NCBI GenBank assembly: GCA_977030845.1
Contig: OZ365117.1
Span: 3,720,001-3,784,000 of the forward strand
Length of the DNA: 64,000 nucleotides
Reading direction: 5' to 3'
From: Fimbriosthenelais zetlandica
Lineage: Eukaryota
How positions within the stretch are numbered: position 1 is the first letter of the stretch; each line of letters begins with the position of its first letter. The translations under genes were made by a program, and so were the position numbers. The notes under the pieces are model-generated. The model was not told the origin of the DNA and did not search any database. It saw only the letters and a list, made by a program, of their open reading frames with translations. This document shows, piece by piece, positions 1 through 14,992 of the stretch.

Positions 1-1660
1 AATTTCTAGCTTACCGCCGAGGGTCTTTTCTTTTACATTTCTGGAAAGGTCGATGTTTGTCTGTTCGACTTGTTTTGCCAAAGAACACACCAACAAGAGA
101 CTGAGAGGAGGAGAGACAATGGACCCTGCCTATATGTGAAGTGGTTGACATAGTTTGCAGTGAATACTAATTGTATATCCATGATTTAAGCCCTGCATGA
201 AAATGATAAAAAGTAGTCTTTCTCATGCCAATCTCCTCTCAATAAGATCCAGGTTCTTTTACGTCAAACATGCTAGCAAAAGAAGTCATTTTCTTTCAAC
301 TGTTGACATTTCAGAAGATTCTTCGTATAGGCTGTTCAGTCACTTGTGAACCCTGACATTCTGGCTTTATGGAGATTGTATGGGAAGCACCCTCCTCAAG
401 TACCCACAAGTCACTCATATCCTACAGCTCAAGGAAGCTCATCTAAAACAATTTCTTCTTTTATATGATATTCCTATGGCAATCATTCTTTTATTATAAA
501 ATATAATTAAAGTTTCCAGATGCATCTGATTATGGGTGCAGTCAGTTTAGTGGCATGGCCCACTAGTTTTGTGTACATGTATAGGGATATGGGTTACAGT
601 CATCAGGACTCAATGATTGGGTTCACGAACGAGGCATGAACACCATACTCTGACATTTCACTTTCCTTTCTTATGAAGGTATGAGATGTCAGGTTTGACA
701 TGTACTTATATGACCTTCATGTACTCATATAACCTTCATGTTTCATCTTGAGGGAGATCTACTGAGCAAATCATGCCAGATCATCAGCAGCATAACTAGT
801 ACAAACACTTGCTTGATTCAGACAGTTTATAGATCCAATATATTACTTATAATATACTTTTAAATGACTATATTCTTTAGGATTATATGGCATGATTTAT
901 TCATGATTTATTTTATCATTCGCCATGACTTGGATGCCGCCTTTCTCATGGCCAGAGGCCTGAATTCAACTCCCTAACACAAGTAAAAGGCTGTGTGTAT
1001 TTGTTGAGAAGCCTTTGGGACGTCTCCCGTGAATTCTAACTACAGGAAGCTGATTGCTTTATAGCATCAGAGTAAAGATTTGACAGATCCTCTCTTTGCT
1101 TTTCCGGCGGATCATGCCTTCTCGACCTAATTCCTACAGAGTGATCACGGATGTCTAGATGACCTTGGCAATATGGCCGCGTAAGGGAAGTGTAGGATAA
1201 CCGTGTTTCTCTTGTCTTGCCTTAGGTAGACGCAGCCTGTAATTTAGTCCGTACCTAATGTGATCACTCATTTGAGTGAAGGACCACGTCCATTACAGTT
1301 GGCGTGTTTGTTATGAGATATTCCGACTTCTACCAGTTGAAACAGTCATGATTTGCATGCATCAGAATTATCCTTCCAGCAAGCATAAAATGTACAAGCC
1401 TATAAAAGTGGTTTAGCACCGTGCTACGGTTTTATGTGATTTGCGTGCGGATTACAGCACCAGCAAATGTGTTGGAATCAAGGTCCTTCGTTATAGCGAT
1501 TGACAAAATCTAAAAATATGATATTCAGTTCGAAAATGTAACCTATTTTGGTTTAAGGTACTGGTAGTGTGGCAGAGGCAGGCATATAGTGATGGGGATA
1601 TATTTGTTAACACGTTATTAACCTGTGCTCAGTCTAGCTACAAATTATGTGTATCAAAAT

Positions 1661-1886
1661 GTGCTAAAGACATCAAATTTCTCTTAGCAATTTGCAGTTG
1701 GCCTTAGCAGATGTCAATTTGAAGGAAAAATTGCTAGTTGGATTTTTCTGATATTTGTGTCATTTTGCGGTGGTTAGGCGTAATTTTTATGTCGCAAAAT
1801 TAGCGAATAACAGTAATTTTCTTTTAGGGAAGTATTATTTGTATTCCCAAATTGCGACAGTGCGATCGGGTAGAGAGCGAGCCCAG
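1661..1886 (+). repeat. Dispersed repeat, about 230 bp; inverted copy at 42690-42922
   Basis: Reverse complement aligns over its length with 42690-42922 (e.g. gcgacagtgcgatcgggtagagagcgagcccag vs ctgggctcgctctacccgatcgcactgtcgc). Class unknown. Confidence 0.8.
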
Positions 1887-3728
1887 CATTGACTACTTAT
1901 ATTTCACCTGATGAGGTGCTGTTACCTCCACCTCCACCCACAGACCCCCACACAGCTGGACATCATGTCCACCACCATATAACATGAAGCCCTGGATTTA
2001 CCTCAGCCCCACCTTCCCTCTTATCCCTAAATCTCTTCCCGTTCTCCACTTGGGAGGAAATTAGTCGATTCCCGCCAAGTCTCGTTTGCGTCTCCAATGT
2101 TCCAGTCACTTGAATGATGGGAATATCGCGAGATTTCAAGCTACCATGGCCTCACCAGTCAAATACCTTTCACTCTGTTGCAGCCCAACCAAAGCTATTT
2201 GGCATTTCTTCTATGCAACGATCGATGCACTGAAGATGGGCTAAGCAAAATGTGAAGTTTGTGGCCATCATTCTGAAATGTGCAGCGTTTGTTCGGCAAG
2301 CAAATAACTTGCACATATTGTAGTTAGGAATTTGCTGAGACTGAAAGAATTCTTCTCGCATTACAATCCTTTAGACTTTGAAATCTGATGTCATTGAATC
2401 TAGCCGATTGCATGCATGTGCAACAGAAGATGAAGATGCCTTTTTTTCTACCGCTTCAGAAGCTTTTATTTGCTGATGCGCAGATTGGGACTGTTATTTC
2501 CTGGTTTGAATTTCAAGTATTTGTTTGGGTTGAGTTTTTAAATGCACCTGATAAGGAAATGATTTATGAAGCAATAGGATGAATTTCATGGACCTAGGCT
2601 TGGTATGATGAAGTGGGCAATGGCGGAGACAGATGTTTGATACAAAGACATCAATCACTTACCGACCAACCTGCCAACACTTTAATGAACAAATGATAAA
2701 CTGCCAATGGCCAAATTTCAGATATTACCAAATCTATTTCCCGTTCACATTCATTTCCCGTTCAACTTGCAATTAAATATACTTCATGTTGCTGAGGGGC
2801 AAATGAGTGTTGTCAAAGTGTTGTCATTTCCACAAACTTGTATCTGATTTCTGTAGTTTCTATATATGAGTCAGTCAAGTAGTATTTATCTCAGTAAGTT
2901 TAGTAGAGATATTGGACAAATTGCCTCCTGCTTTATCATCACATATTATGATGTTGCCTGTCTTTTCCTCTCTTGTATCAAAGTGTATGACGAGGCAGTG
3001 CAATATGCAATACAACCTGATATCACACAAACAATATACATGCAGAAATGATAGGTGGAGGGTCCAACGACCTCGCGTAGTATTACATATAAAGCTAGTG
3101 TATACGGACGACTTATCGCCTTCTCTTTCTCTTATGTATTTATTGACGATATTGACTTGTTGTCGCTCTCACTTCATCCCCTAATCTTAATACGTACAAT
3201 GACTGTGGCCTTCACAATGTCGGGTATCCAGGATTTATGGTTCCCTGGATACAACAGCAGTCGATACGTTCATTTCATGAATATATGGTACAAAATGCTA
3301 GTATTTCAGTGTGGATATGGCTGTACCAAATGCTGGCCATTGACTTTAGTCAGCACTTTTCTCGCGGAGCATTCACTGCATGTTAACTCAGAGGACTGTT
3401 TCGGGACGGCATGAAAAGCCATCAAGGGACTGAAAGCGATGCAAAGCGCGGGGACTATAAAAAGTTAGGAACATCTTGACAAGGGCCATCTGAGCGAAAA
3501 TAGGGGACTGGTCATCAAGTGGGCGATATTTGAGGATAGATTGTCATGGTGATGAACATGACAGGTCATGTGATCCACAGTTCTCCTATCAGGCTCTAGG
3601 GGGCAGCAGTATTGCCCATTACTTGATCGTCCCAGGCCCGCTTTATGGGTGGAAGCTGGTCGTACACTCACCCCAATTAGTCACTGTCATCATCAGAAGG
3701 CCTTACATTGTCACCAGAGCCTTGTTTT

Positions 3729-3939
3729 AGCCGGGACTCCACTGCTGCGATTTTGCTTGCGACACTACTGCGACAAACGTGATGCTTGTGAAGTTGTGTA
3801 AGAATAAAATTTATAAATTGTGGTTCAAGTGTTCAAGGCCTTAAGGCCGTCCTCCAATGGTAAATTTATCATTGAAACACAAGCATCATCTTTGTCGCAG
3901 ACGTGTCGCAAGCAAAATCGCAGCAGTGGAGTCCCGGCT
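3729..3939. mobile_element. MITE family A, copy 1 (211 bp), PIF/Harbinger-like
   Basis: Long TIRs AGCCGGGACTCCACTGCTGCGATTTTGCTTGCGACAC / GTGTCGCAAGCAAAATCGCAGCAGTGGAGTCCCGGCT. Same-length copies at 19734 and 28904. TA-rich flanks; superfamily is inferred. Confidence 0.9.
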
Positions 3940-4057
3940 TTACTTTCATATTACAGGCACAATGGACTAACATGAATGGACTTGGATTCTTCCATGAACT
4001 TATCCAGTGACTCACAATCTTATTTCACAAGAAGTTTCACGAAAAGCTTGTTGGCAT

Positions 4058-4348
4058 ATGTTTGGGCTGTGGTTAAAACACTTTAAAAAACTCAACATCT
4101 TGCTAGAATTTTCAGGAAAAAGTCAGTTAAATGGTCTTAGCAGTAATTGGCCTTCCTATATTAAGAGCACTATTAGACAGCACAAGGCTCAAACAAGAAA
4201 TTTTACAAATAGCTTGGGCTTGGAAATGTTTCGGCTGTGGTTAAAACACTCAACTTCTTACTAGAATTTTCAGGGAGAAGTCAGTTACAGGGTTTTAGCA
4301 GTAATTGGCCCTCCTATACTAGAACTAGAAGGCAGCACAAGGCTCAAA
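4058..4348. repeat. Diverged tandem duplication, period about 168 bp, 2 copies
   Basis: atgttt(g/c)ggctgtggttaaaacact...cagcacaaggctcaaa starts at 4058 and 4226. Confidence 0.8.
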
Positions 4349-7300
4349 ATCATGGTTCTTGGGATATATGTATCTATATAAATATCCTTAAAAGTGTGGT
4401 TGAAAAGACTATATAGTGCTTTACTCAGAGAGAGTGTATTTCAGGCATTAGGAAGGTATGTGATTGGTTCAATCAGCCCACAGTCTTCCATTTTGTCATG
4501 GTGTTAAACAAGAAGAACTTTGGCTCGCATCTATAAGTCAACCCATCAGAATGTAATGAAGATAATTACTGATGGAAGGCCCAGTAATCCTAGCGGCGCT
4601 ACTATAAACTACCTGCCCTATACCTCACCAATCCCTATACCTAACCAATCTCTATACAGCATCCTCCCTGCCGCTGAACATCCTATACCACCTCATACCA
4701 TTCACCAGTAATGCCTTGACTACACCAGTGCGATTTTGGTGAATTTCAGTCTCTCTGTGCATCAATAGCGAAGAGAGCAGAGGCCTAAATCCAGTAGTTT
4801 CAGCCATGAAGCCTTCCTAGCAACAAGTGTTTGAATCGTTATTTTTTAAAGCTGCTATAACAGAAGTCTTGGGTGAAATTTATCCATTGTGTTTTGTTAA
4901 CTAATATCAACCATCAACATGAAAGGAAACAATATGATTGTGTGGATAAAACAGTGAGGTATTGTATACTTATTGGGGTATTTGACTGTTAAAAGTTGTT
5001 TATATGAAAACAGCATACAAAACGAAGCACCATGGTGGCGTTCATGGCCTCCATTTAAACATTGGCAGTCAACTCGGCCGATAGTTGTCTTCCTTTGATC
5101 AAAAACTGTAGATGAAATCAGTCTTCCATTATTTCTTTGATAATTTGCTATACCACCATCAAGCTCTCTCCTTTCTATATATTTACCAACAATTATTTAC
5201 CCCTATTTAATCTGGATCCAAACCTAATCCCTAAAAGAGCATCAACATCATGTTGCGTGTACATATATCTAATGCACTGTTTCCGTAAAGGAGCTTCCTG
5301 TAAAGAGCTTAATACTTGTTCCATTTAGTCGTGCAACTCAAACCACCCAGAAGAAAAATGTATCATCCGCCTGTGAGCTACATGTGAGAAAGAAGAATAA
5401 TATGAGCCACAAGCCCATACAAGCTCAGCCTCGAAGTAGGTTAATGCCAATAAATCATATATGGAGATTAAATGTCATCTGCTGCACTACACATACATTC
5501 ACCAACAATACACCTTGCATTACCCGCATGCCCCCCCCCCCCCCCGCCCTCCCCCCGCCTCCCTTACACATAGCCCTGTGTCCCTGTTCCTGACTACATT
5601 AGTCAATCTGTATTGCCATACTCATACCTGCTAAAGAAAAGCACATTGTATTTTGTTCATTCATTCATGATGTGTTTCTAGAAGCTTCAGTATATATGTA
5701 CAGAATGATGTAAATCTCCATCAACATCATTGTAATGATATTTTATGCAGTAAAGTTCCTCTTGTAGTTCATCACTGTGAACAAACTGTTAAACATCCAC
5801 CACTTCCCGTCCTCTTTCCCAACCAAACATCGCCACTCATTCAAAACATTGTCATTGCATTTTAAAAGGATTTCGCCTTCCGGTTGATGTGCACACGGTT
5901 GTTAAATAAACATCCCAGGCTGGCTATAGATGACACAGGCAGAACATTTAAAGATAATGAAATGGCAAAAAAAAAAGATGAGGGAGATATGTCATGTAAC
6001 TGGATACGCAAGAACATGACAGATGTAGTACATGATCTTTTTAATGATGGCGACAGCAATGCTACCTTCAAATTAGCTTTCTGGGTTTCTCTGCGAATGG
6101 CAAGAGGAATAATTAAGGCTTTTTGACCAGGATTGAGAGCTAGGATTTATTTTCAGCCGTGGGGGTAAAGCCGTGAGTCAATAATCCGGTCAGCATCCAG
6201 TTGGGATAATTGGGGATTACCCTAACTGGTCAAAACTGATGACTTGGGAGTGGATTTGGGCCAGCATGTTTCTGTGCTGGAGCAAATTCCAGTAATGAGG
6301 TAAACACCCTCAAATTTGCATGGAATTACTGTTAGTTTACAATGGAGTTGGCTGACAGATCCAGCGCTTGATGCCTCCAAACCACTGACAACTTTAGTGA
6401 CTTTCCAGAAATTCAACTTTCTGGATTTTCTCTTGAATAATTCATCAGCAATATCTGTGAAAAGTTCTCGGCAGTTTCCTGCATACCAGACCTACAATTG
6501 TAGATGGACTTTCATAAGGGTTTGTGATAGCCAATTCATGACAAAGAACTTATACAGCTTTACATGTTAGTCCCTGATGGATAGCAGCTTTAACAATACA
6601 TATGCTGTAAATAAGAACTCCCTCTCTCTCTCTCCTCAACCTTAGGTTCTAAAAACATTCATTTGTTGGGATTGTTGGGTCAAAGCTTACCATTGCCTCT
6701 GATAATAATCATCATTTACTCTGTCTTTAATGAGAAGATAGCATGTGGCTGGTCTGAAATGAGGACATCACTAGTCATTACTCTGACCTTCTTCCTGCTG
6801 AGGACACAAACTATGTACTTCATCTCATGTTTGTATCCTCCAATTTACATCGAAACATTTCGTTACCAGGGTCTTATCCACAGTAGAGATCCGAGCATAT
6901 CTATGTTGGATCCGAGCATATACCTTTATATGATTCAAATAATCGTGTCTTAAAGTAAATAATGATCAGAATACGATTAAAAGTGAAGATCCTCGGGAGA
7001 GGAGCATGCCTCGAAATAAAAAATGATTCTTCAATGAAATAAATCAATAAGGGACAGGCAATGTTACATGACCACCATCAACATTTTTATTTTATTTTTT
7101 ATGGTTTGAAATTGAATCCGTGGAAACTTCATGTTAATGACCAATCAGGTCTTGGATGGAGTACGTAACTTCGTTGTTCCTTGGCAAGTATTAATGCTCC
7201 CACAGTAATGAAAATGATGTCAATGCTGAAATTGCAAAAATTAATTTGATGGCATTCTAATTGTTGTTATTTCATCAACCACACTGATGGATAGAGAGAA

Positions 7301-8647
7301 AAAAGGTAGGATTTGAAATGAAAGGCAGGCCTTCCATCTTTTGTAAAGATTCTGTGAGAGACTGACAATTTATTCAATTTATTTAGTTTTATCGACTAGA
7401 TTTCATTTGCTTTTATGTATTCATTTAATTCATGCTTGGGGGATGTTCAAATTACAGGAAATTGAAGTGATGGGATATCAATTAACTGTGTATGAAATTC
7501 AAGTTTCTCTTGAAGAAAAACTGACAAACTTGAGACTTGTTTATTTATAAGAATGGGGAAGTAAATCAGAGGACTGCCTGAGGTGAGAGGCATGAGGAAG
7601 AACGCGTGGAGCATCGCGTCTCCAGCTTTATTGAGGTTGACGGGTTAAAAGTTAATATCTGTGGCACTAGAAAAAGCTCTAATAACTCAACTCATACTTT
7701 TATTAGATCTTTACACGTTTTTTTAAAAACAAATTTCTATTAACTGATGTACCTTTGATAGGTATATATAATAATGCACTGCGGGCCTCTATCTTTATCC
7801 TATAACACCTCAAATCTGGACAGTCTTCCAATGTCTTCTCCTCAGGAAAGTAAGGACATGATTATATGGGTTTATCTTCTTGTAGGAGTGAATGTACAGA
7901 CATATCGCCCGCCATCCATGTACCTACAATGCTGTATGATTATCATACGTACTCCAGGCATCTTCTTTCCTTCTCTCTAATATTTTCTTTTTTCTCTGAA
8001 AGCTCTGGGAGCCCTTCCTTTTCCCCTTCCTCCTTTTTACATCTCTCTATAAATTAAGTGCTTTTTTCCATTAGTCACTTATAGTGTGCCTTGCTGTAGG
8101 AGTACTTGTGATTTTACACTTGGTTGCCAAGAGAAGGCAGTGGATGTCCTTATAATGTACGGACAGCTGCAAGGGAATTCAAAACAAAAGGCATCCAATG
8201 AAAGGTTCTAACGCTCTGTCCTCTCTCATTGACCATAAGTACTTTCCTCCCCCAGTGATTCTGAATTTAGTTATAAAAAGCTTTTACGTTTTTATTCTGC
8301 CATGCCAGGTGCATTTCCCGCCCCTGCGTGGATATTACAGCCAATTACCGAGTTGGAAACGCTGAGACTTTGCGAATGATTAGATTCGGATTTCAATTAT
8401 CAATTAAGGGCAATGTTCCAACCATGCATTACATCAGTGCTTGAATGTAGACATTGCCCATATTGTATATTGCATGGAAAGACCTCCTAGCAGGTCATTT
8501 GCGGATGAAAGGTAGCTGAGGTAATGGTGGAGGATGGGGGTACAGTGTAGTGGTCAACCGTCTGGTCCATGATAGTAAACTACGAGGCAGTGGTCAGACG
8601 CATTAACATGCATTATTTACTATGAATGTTAGCTTTAGGAGCTGATG

Positions 8648-9012
8648 GTAGGCCAGAGATGCATTAGTCTACTGCTACTATTATAGAAGTTATCCACTTT
8701 GACATTCGTAGTGAAATTAGAGTGTTTTTTGAAACAAAATTGGCTTACACATGAGACGACATACCCTTGCAATCCATATGTACATACCCTTGAATTTTTT
8801 TTAATAATGCATGTTACTTTTGTTAAAATTTGGTAAAATTTTGCAAGTAGGCCAGAGATGCATTAGTCTACTGCTACTATTATAGAAGTTATCCACTTTG
8901 ACATTCGTAGTGACATTAGAGTGTTTTTTTGCGGTCACAGTTGGCTTACACATGAGACGACATACCCTTGAATTTTTTTTTAAATGCATGTTACTTTTGT
9001 TCAAATTTGGTG
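8648..9012. repeat. Tandem duplication, period 199 bp, about 2 copies
   Basis: gtaggccagagatgcattagtctactgctac... starts at 8648 and 8847. Confidence 0.9.
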
Positions 9013-11382
9013 TTTTTCAAAGGGTATCATCTATGTGAATACTCTCAATGTGTATGTATGGAATAAACAACCGCAGGGGAATATATAAAGCTGGAGTTAT
9101 GCAGGTTAATCTTTTCACAAGTTGTACATCATTCTGTAAACTTGCCGAGGTGAAGGTCCACCGAGGGGAGCCTCTTACAGCTGAGTGATGACGACAATGT
9201 GTTTGTTCTGCATTTCAAAGAACTAATACCCACCTATGATGAATAAGTCTTTTCATTGGGGAAAGCCAGTGGGACCTGGAGAGAGGCAATGACCATCGGC
9301 AGGCCTGATTTGTGTGGGAACTGTTCCCTTGGTTCTTTCTGACGGATTGGAAACTATTTTTTGGCCTGAGGAGACACACATGCATCAACAGTGATGTCTT
9401 ATTCATATGTGGATGTTAAGTGCTTTTGTAATGTGCATATATGCACGGATATATAATCCATCTATGGCTCATACTTATTAGCCCCATGTTGCATAAGTTT
9501 CATGCGGAAAACGTCCTCAAGTTGTGAGAGTGCTTTTCGCATTGCTAGATTTGCCCTCTGGAATTTTTCATCCAAGTCTAATACTAGCATTTCTCTTATG
9601 CGAAGATCACCAATTTAACATATTTAATATGATGGTCCTGGCTTCTCTAAACACTGGCTCATGAAAGGTGTCTTTAGCCCTCAGACCAAATGCCGCTTAA
9701 ATAGGATTGAATAACTTCATATCCGTCTCCACTTGGCAGAATTTTAAATAGATTTCTGCACTCTTGGTTTGAACCTGTCTGAAACATTGTTAGCTATCGG
9801 AAAGAGCGGCACTTCTTCAGCACTTTACAGCCCTCAATGATGTCTTTGCCTCAAGGCTTATTTAGGGGATTTATCCAAAAGTATTTTCACTCATTCCTTG
9901 TCAAGAATGGTCATGAAACTCGGTATTGTGCGGCGACTAAATATGAAACAGCGACAGGAAGTAAATACGACCAACTCCGCAGTCAATGCTTTCCAAGGTG
10001 CTGATTGGATCACGTGTCAGGCATATTCAACCAATAGAAAGCATGTAATGGAAGAGAGCAAACATTTCCTGTGGGAAGAAAAATAAAGTAGAAACAAAGT
10101 GCTTGAGAATTGTGATAATAGGCAGCTTCAGATTGCTGGCGAGCCTGGTTTGCAATCATTTCCCGAACTTGAAACTACAAAGAAAATAAAGGCCACCAGG
10201 AATATCCTTTCCTTTATTCCTTGAGTTAAATTGAGGAAAAAGGGAATGATTTCTCCCTTCCTTTGTATTAAACAAAGTTGCGCAAGAGGTTTAAGATTTC
10301 TGAATTTGATAATCGTGTTTGGAATATGATGGGGCATGGTAGAAAGCCTCTTCGAAGAGGAATGATCCTCTTTATGGGGAAGGCTTAATATATAAGCCTC
10401 ACCATTGTATATTGTATATCCGAATTTTGGAGGTTTTTTTCTATTGCAATATGCGGGGCAATATGAGCTTTCTCTATAGAAGCCTTGTCAGAACCTTTGG
10501 GCAGATTTTCCTTACCTTTGGTCAAAATTTAAAAGTTGATTAAGTGCTGAGAAATATCCTCTCATTAATAATGTATGTGTGTGAGCCTTGTGTTCAAAGT
10601 GGAGCGTCGGTTCTTTGCACGTCACTAGATGTTCTAACATTAAGGCTTCACTAATTACAGTCTCTGGTGACAAATTCTCATTACATGAACTCCACTTAGA
10701 TCCATACTGGCTAAAAATAATACATGCCAAGGATGGAGACGTTCAAAGATTAGGTTCCCAAAACTGCCAACAATGTTTCCAGAAGAAATTTAATTTCCAC
10801 TTGTCTTAATTTCTCGAGTACTCCTAAGTTTAATTCCCCTTTCAGCGGCCGGTGGAACTAACAACATTTGAGAATTAAGCTGTTTTGAAGTTGTTGGTTG
10901 TGGAAGAAAACTTTGGTGATTATTGTTAGGAATTTTGATCAAATCTGATCCATCAGTTCTTGATCACAAAGACTAGGCGCAGTTGCTTCGATAATTGGCA
11001 AAATCGACTCACATGAATCTGTGGTGTGTGACATGCGACTTCTCCTCCCGGTACACCAGTGTTAAGTTATGAGACTAGTCTCAAATTGATCTGCAGGAAT
11101 TTGTCTCTATATATTTTTATACCTACTTTTACTTTTTGTCTCGCCATCTTTCATACTTTCATAAAAAAAAACTCCTTTCTCACATTAAATTTAGTGGGAA
11201 CTGTATGTTAATTTTGCTATAGGTAAATGTCAGCAACTGCAAAAATGGCCCACTGCACGAAAGCAATCAGCTGATGTTGAGGCACTTACCCATAAGAAAC
11301 AATATTAAAAATACAAAGGCTATTATCCGAAATTGTGAAATTTTATTGACATGGTATCCCTTGGTGTGTCCATCATAATATA

Positions 11383-11463
11383 GAGCCTTTTAAGGGCGGC
11401 CATGGAGCATTTTAGGGGTGGCCACGGAGCATTTTAAGGGCGGCCATGGAGCATTTTAAGGGA
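11383..11463. repeat. 22-bp minisatellite, about 3.6 copies
   Basis: Unit gagcattttaagggcggccatg. Confidence 0.9.
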
Positions 11464-14400
11464 CCTACGACCAATGAAGTCATGTCAGACTATGATAAAA
11501 TGTCAATACAGCGTTTCTTTTATCTTGAATCCATCAGTAAACCTTTGTTCGCCTGTGAGGGATCTTACTCGGGAGGGGGCGCGCTTGTGAAGGGCAACAA
11601 TAGCCCTACGTGACACGGGCGTCAATGCGCCACCTAGGGGAATTGATTTAAACTGAGCTGGTGAGAGGACATGAATAGTAAGTCTGTCCCGGGATGGTGT
11701 TGGTATTGTTTTTACTACCAGAGTTATCATTCTCCCTATAGGGAGAGACCTCTGACTACGGGATTGGATGGGTGGATCTCGGAGCTACCTTTCATCCCTG
11801 GGTATGGCTGGCTCCCACATCTGCATCTTTAACTATGAGGGTGCTCCCTCTGAGACATTATGCCGTCTCAGCTTTGGTTAACAAGCAGATGAGAGATTTC
11901 CCATGTGAAACCTGTCAATGATTGTCGGGATTACTTTTCGGGTCACATCACTGCACTCTCGAGCTTTGATTCCTCAATATTTGGTCTGGCCTCTATAAAT
12001 CTGAACTTTGCCTCTGATCTTAGACACAGAAGAAATGTGGACTTCCATGCTACATTGGTAGCGGTGTTTTTTGCCCCTGATATGTGGCCCATGATACCGC
12101 AAATCATGCCTGAAAAATGCTGCATAAATATTTACTCAGTTGCACCCATGTTCTGTCTTCAGTACATAGTTTCTTATCATTTATCCTTTGTGTAGATAAC
12201 GCAAATGTTTTTATCTGCCTTTGTCCCTGTCTCCCATAAAGCGATTAAAATGATTCCAACTCTTTTACCCTTAGATTTTATTCTTGTTACACATTGGTCA
12301 TGAGTGCTGCCAACATTGAGGCTTTTAGGCCTAATTTTCTCTCCGTGTAGGCCCTTTTCTCGTCCCCACTTCAAAGCATTGTCGCCGTCTATGGCTTACA
12401 TTCCTCTATGCGCTAGGTGCATTTGGCCTGGATGATACATCTTTGAAGTCCTTGGCGTCCATGGTCACTAGTTACTCCTTTTCCCCATGTTGCATCCATC
12501 AGCATATCGCGCCATTTCCCCATCACTTTCCCTGTGCAATTATGTGACTTATGTGTTGCGATTTTCACAGAAATGTTCAGTATAGAAGATGTAGATATCT
12601 TTTTTTTAATGAGTGTCACATCTAGATTCCACTGAGCCTCCTTAACATTCCTGTCATTATGGTGTATAGCTCACGTGTCTGTGGTCTCCTTGGTTACCAC
12701 TCCACCTCTTACCGGAATCTATTAGTCCTGTGTACCAGCCTGTCCTTAAGTTAGTGTAGACCATTTATGTCATGGAAGGAGGATACAAAGAAGAATACTC
12801 CGGAAATATAATTGGTGATCTTCTCTTATGAACCCAGAATGTTCCGGATTGACCCAGAACTTTCCAGAGCCCTCTAGACAAACCCATCACTCCCCAGATG
12901 AACTTTGTCCTTTGTCCTCACTCTAAATCAGGCTAAATTTGCCTTAACCAAGTGTTCACTATACCAGTTCGCACTGTCTGGTTATAGAATACATTGTTGT
13001 GAGGCTTTTCCGATCCCTTGGCAGAACCCTTATCAGCTCGGTCAACGACCCAAATGTCTTCACGCTTTTGGTTTTTGCCTCAAGTGATTAATGAAAAGCT
13101 TTTGTGAAGGATATTATTTCTATATAAGTTGATGCACCTTCATATTAAGTGGTGTTAGGTGACATTGTTAATCTATCCCTCCCCACCCACCAATCACTCA
13201 CCCTATGTTTCCCCTACAGGGGTGCTTCACTACCTTCTGTCTTGTCTGTAATGTTTGGAATCTCAACTTACATCGGCTTTACTTCGAAGTAATACCTCTA
13301 GGTAGTACCAAGTACTTATCTGGGGTATCTTCCTTTCATCGCATATTAAAACTCTTAGAGGAAGATATTAAGGGAATTTTCTTCTTAAAATGTATTGGGG
13401 TTGTGTATTTGGGTCAGTTAGTAGCCTTGTAGGCCATAGTGTGGTTGCCACAGTGGAACAGTTGTTGCAACCTGTGGACAACTGCTTATTCCAGTATGTG
13501 GAAAATATTTTCGATCCTTCAAAATTCGTCCATAAATCATCAATCTGGTCTGATTGGTGATTCAAAATAAACACTTCTGCTATTTCCCCAAGGCTTTAGT
13601 TATAATGGGAGACATAAACCGGACTTGTAGCATATAAATCCAGGCGCTCATTGCCCTATTGGCATTCATAGGAAGTACAGCTTGTCGGAGGAATGCCTGT
13701 ATTGATATATTGACGTGTGATTGGGGTTCTTATGGTAAAATCATCATCCGTTATCTTCCCAGACTGGAACCAGATCGATTTTGCATGTAAGAGAGAGCAT
13801 ACCAGTCCACCGATTTAATGAATACAAATAAAACTTCATTTGAAGATGTTTTCAATTGAGGCCTAACTGCAAATTGGACTGGTGGTCACTTGTGTGATTT
13901 CGTTGGAATGTTTGCCCAGAAATATTTGATATTTACCTCCTGTGTTTTTTTATGTTCTCAGTTTGTGATTGGAGTAAATGAAGTGGCTTTGTTTTTATGT
14001 TTCAATCCATCGTGATTGTTGTCCGGACAAGCCCGTCACTCCCACCACGCTTCGAAATATGCAAATCAGCAATTACTTTTTACAAGTTCAATTTGAAGCC
14101 ACTGATTTTCTGCTCTGTGGTTACTGCCAGTTGCTTTGTTTGAAAAACAAATAACTGTAATAGGGTTTTATTGTCAGGAAAGTTAAAACACTGTAATTCT
14201 GAATTAAGCAACGCAATTACAAGACTTGAGAAAAAATAGTCTCTGCCACAGTGGGCGATAATCCAAGCTTTCAGAAAGCGATCTGTGCCGCCATCTGTAC
14301 ATAATCAATGGGAGCTTTTTATTTGAAGTAAAAACCAAGACTTGGTTGGTGTTGGAAATGGGATAGATTAGCTTCCTTTTAAGATAAAATCTATAGATGA

Positions 14401-14926
14401 AAACCCTGTTTGGAACCAGTCCTTGAAGACAACTTTTTTCTCCTTCTAATCTTTTTGATTAAATTCTTCATAGTTGGCGTGTAATTATCTGGACACATGA
14501 CAAAATCATTAAGTCGATTGATTCATAAATTTTGCGATTGGTATGAATTCCATCCTCCCTGCTCCCGTGGTGTTTAATTTCAGTTTGGGTTCGCCATGTT
14601 TTATTCAGTAAAGTGGGATGAAATTTTTTTATCTGAAAAAGCCTTGTTATTCATCGTTTTCATGGCGTGGTGAAACTCATTCATGTTCTGAAGTATTAAC
14701 ATGAAAAAGGGAATACATGAAAGTGGACCATTCTCTGACCAAACAAAGTGGAGCAATTTGATTATTTGTTGATTTCCAGATCATAAATAATCCATTGGAT
14801 GTTCATGCACTGACGTACATGGAACAGATTTAACAAGAGAAGAAGACCCCCTGATTGTTTTCAAATACAAAAAGAAAACCTTTATCAAACATAACTGTCA
14901 TCATCTGGTCTGGATTTGAAAGGCTC

Positions 14927-14992
14927 GGGGCCTGTTTCAAAGGGAATATTATCAATGCTATAAGTCTATGGCTTCGTTTTGAAACAGGCCCC
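14927..14992. mobile_element. 66-bp mini-MITE
   Basis: Perfect 15-bp TIRs GGGGCCTGTTTCAAA / TTTGAAACAGGCCCC. Confidence 0.65.

Noticed and set aside
5531-5563. Poly-C tract / G-quadruplex motif (also a G-rich run at about 16546-16577)
   Set aside because: Common low-complexity sequence with no linked feature.
9420-14000. Endogenous viral element or LINE in coding-looking degenerate sequence
   Set aside because: Only isolated weak motif resemblances (APE-like SLNV..LWET at about 12300, LDL at about 13660, LLPSG-like at about 9730) with no consistent domain order. Not callable without a search.
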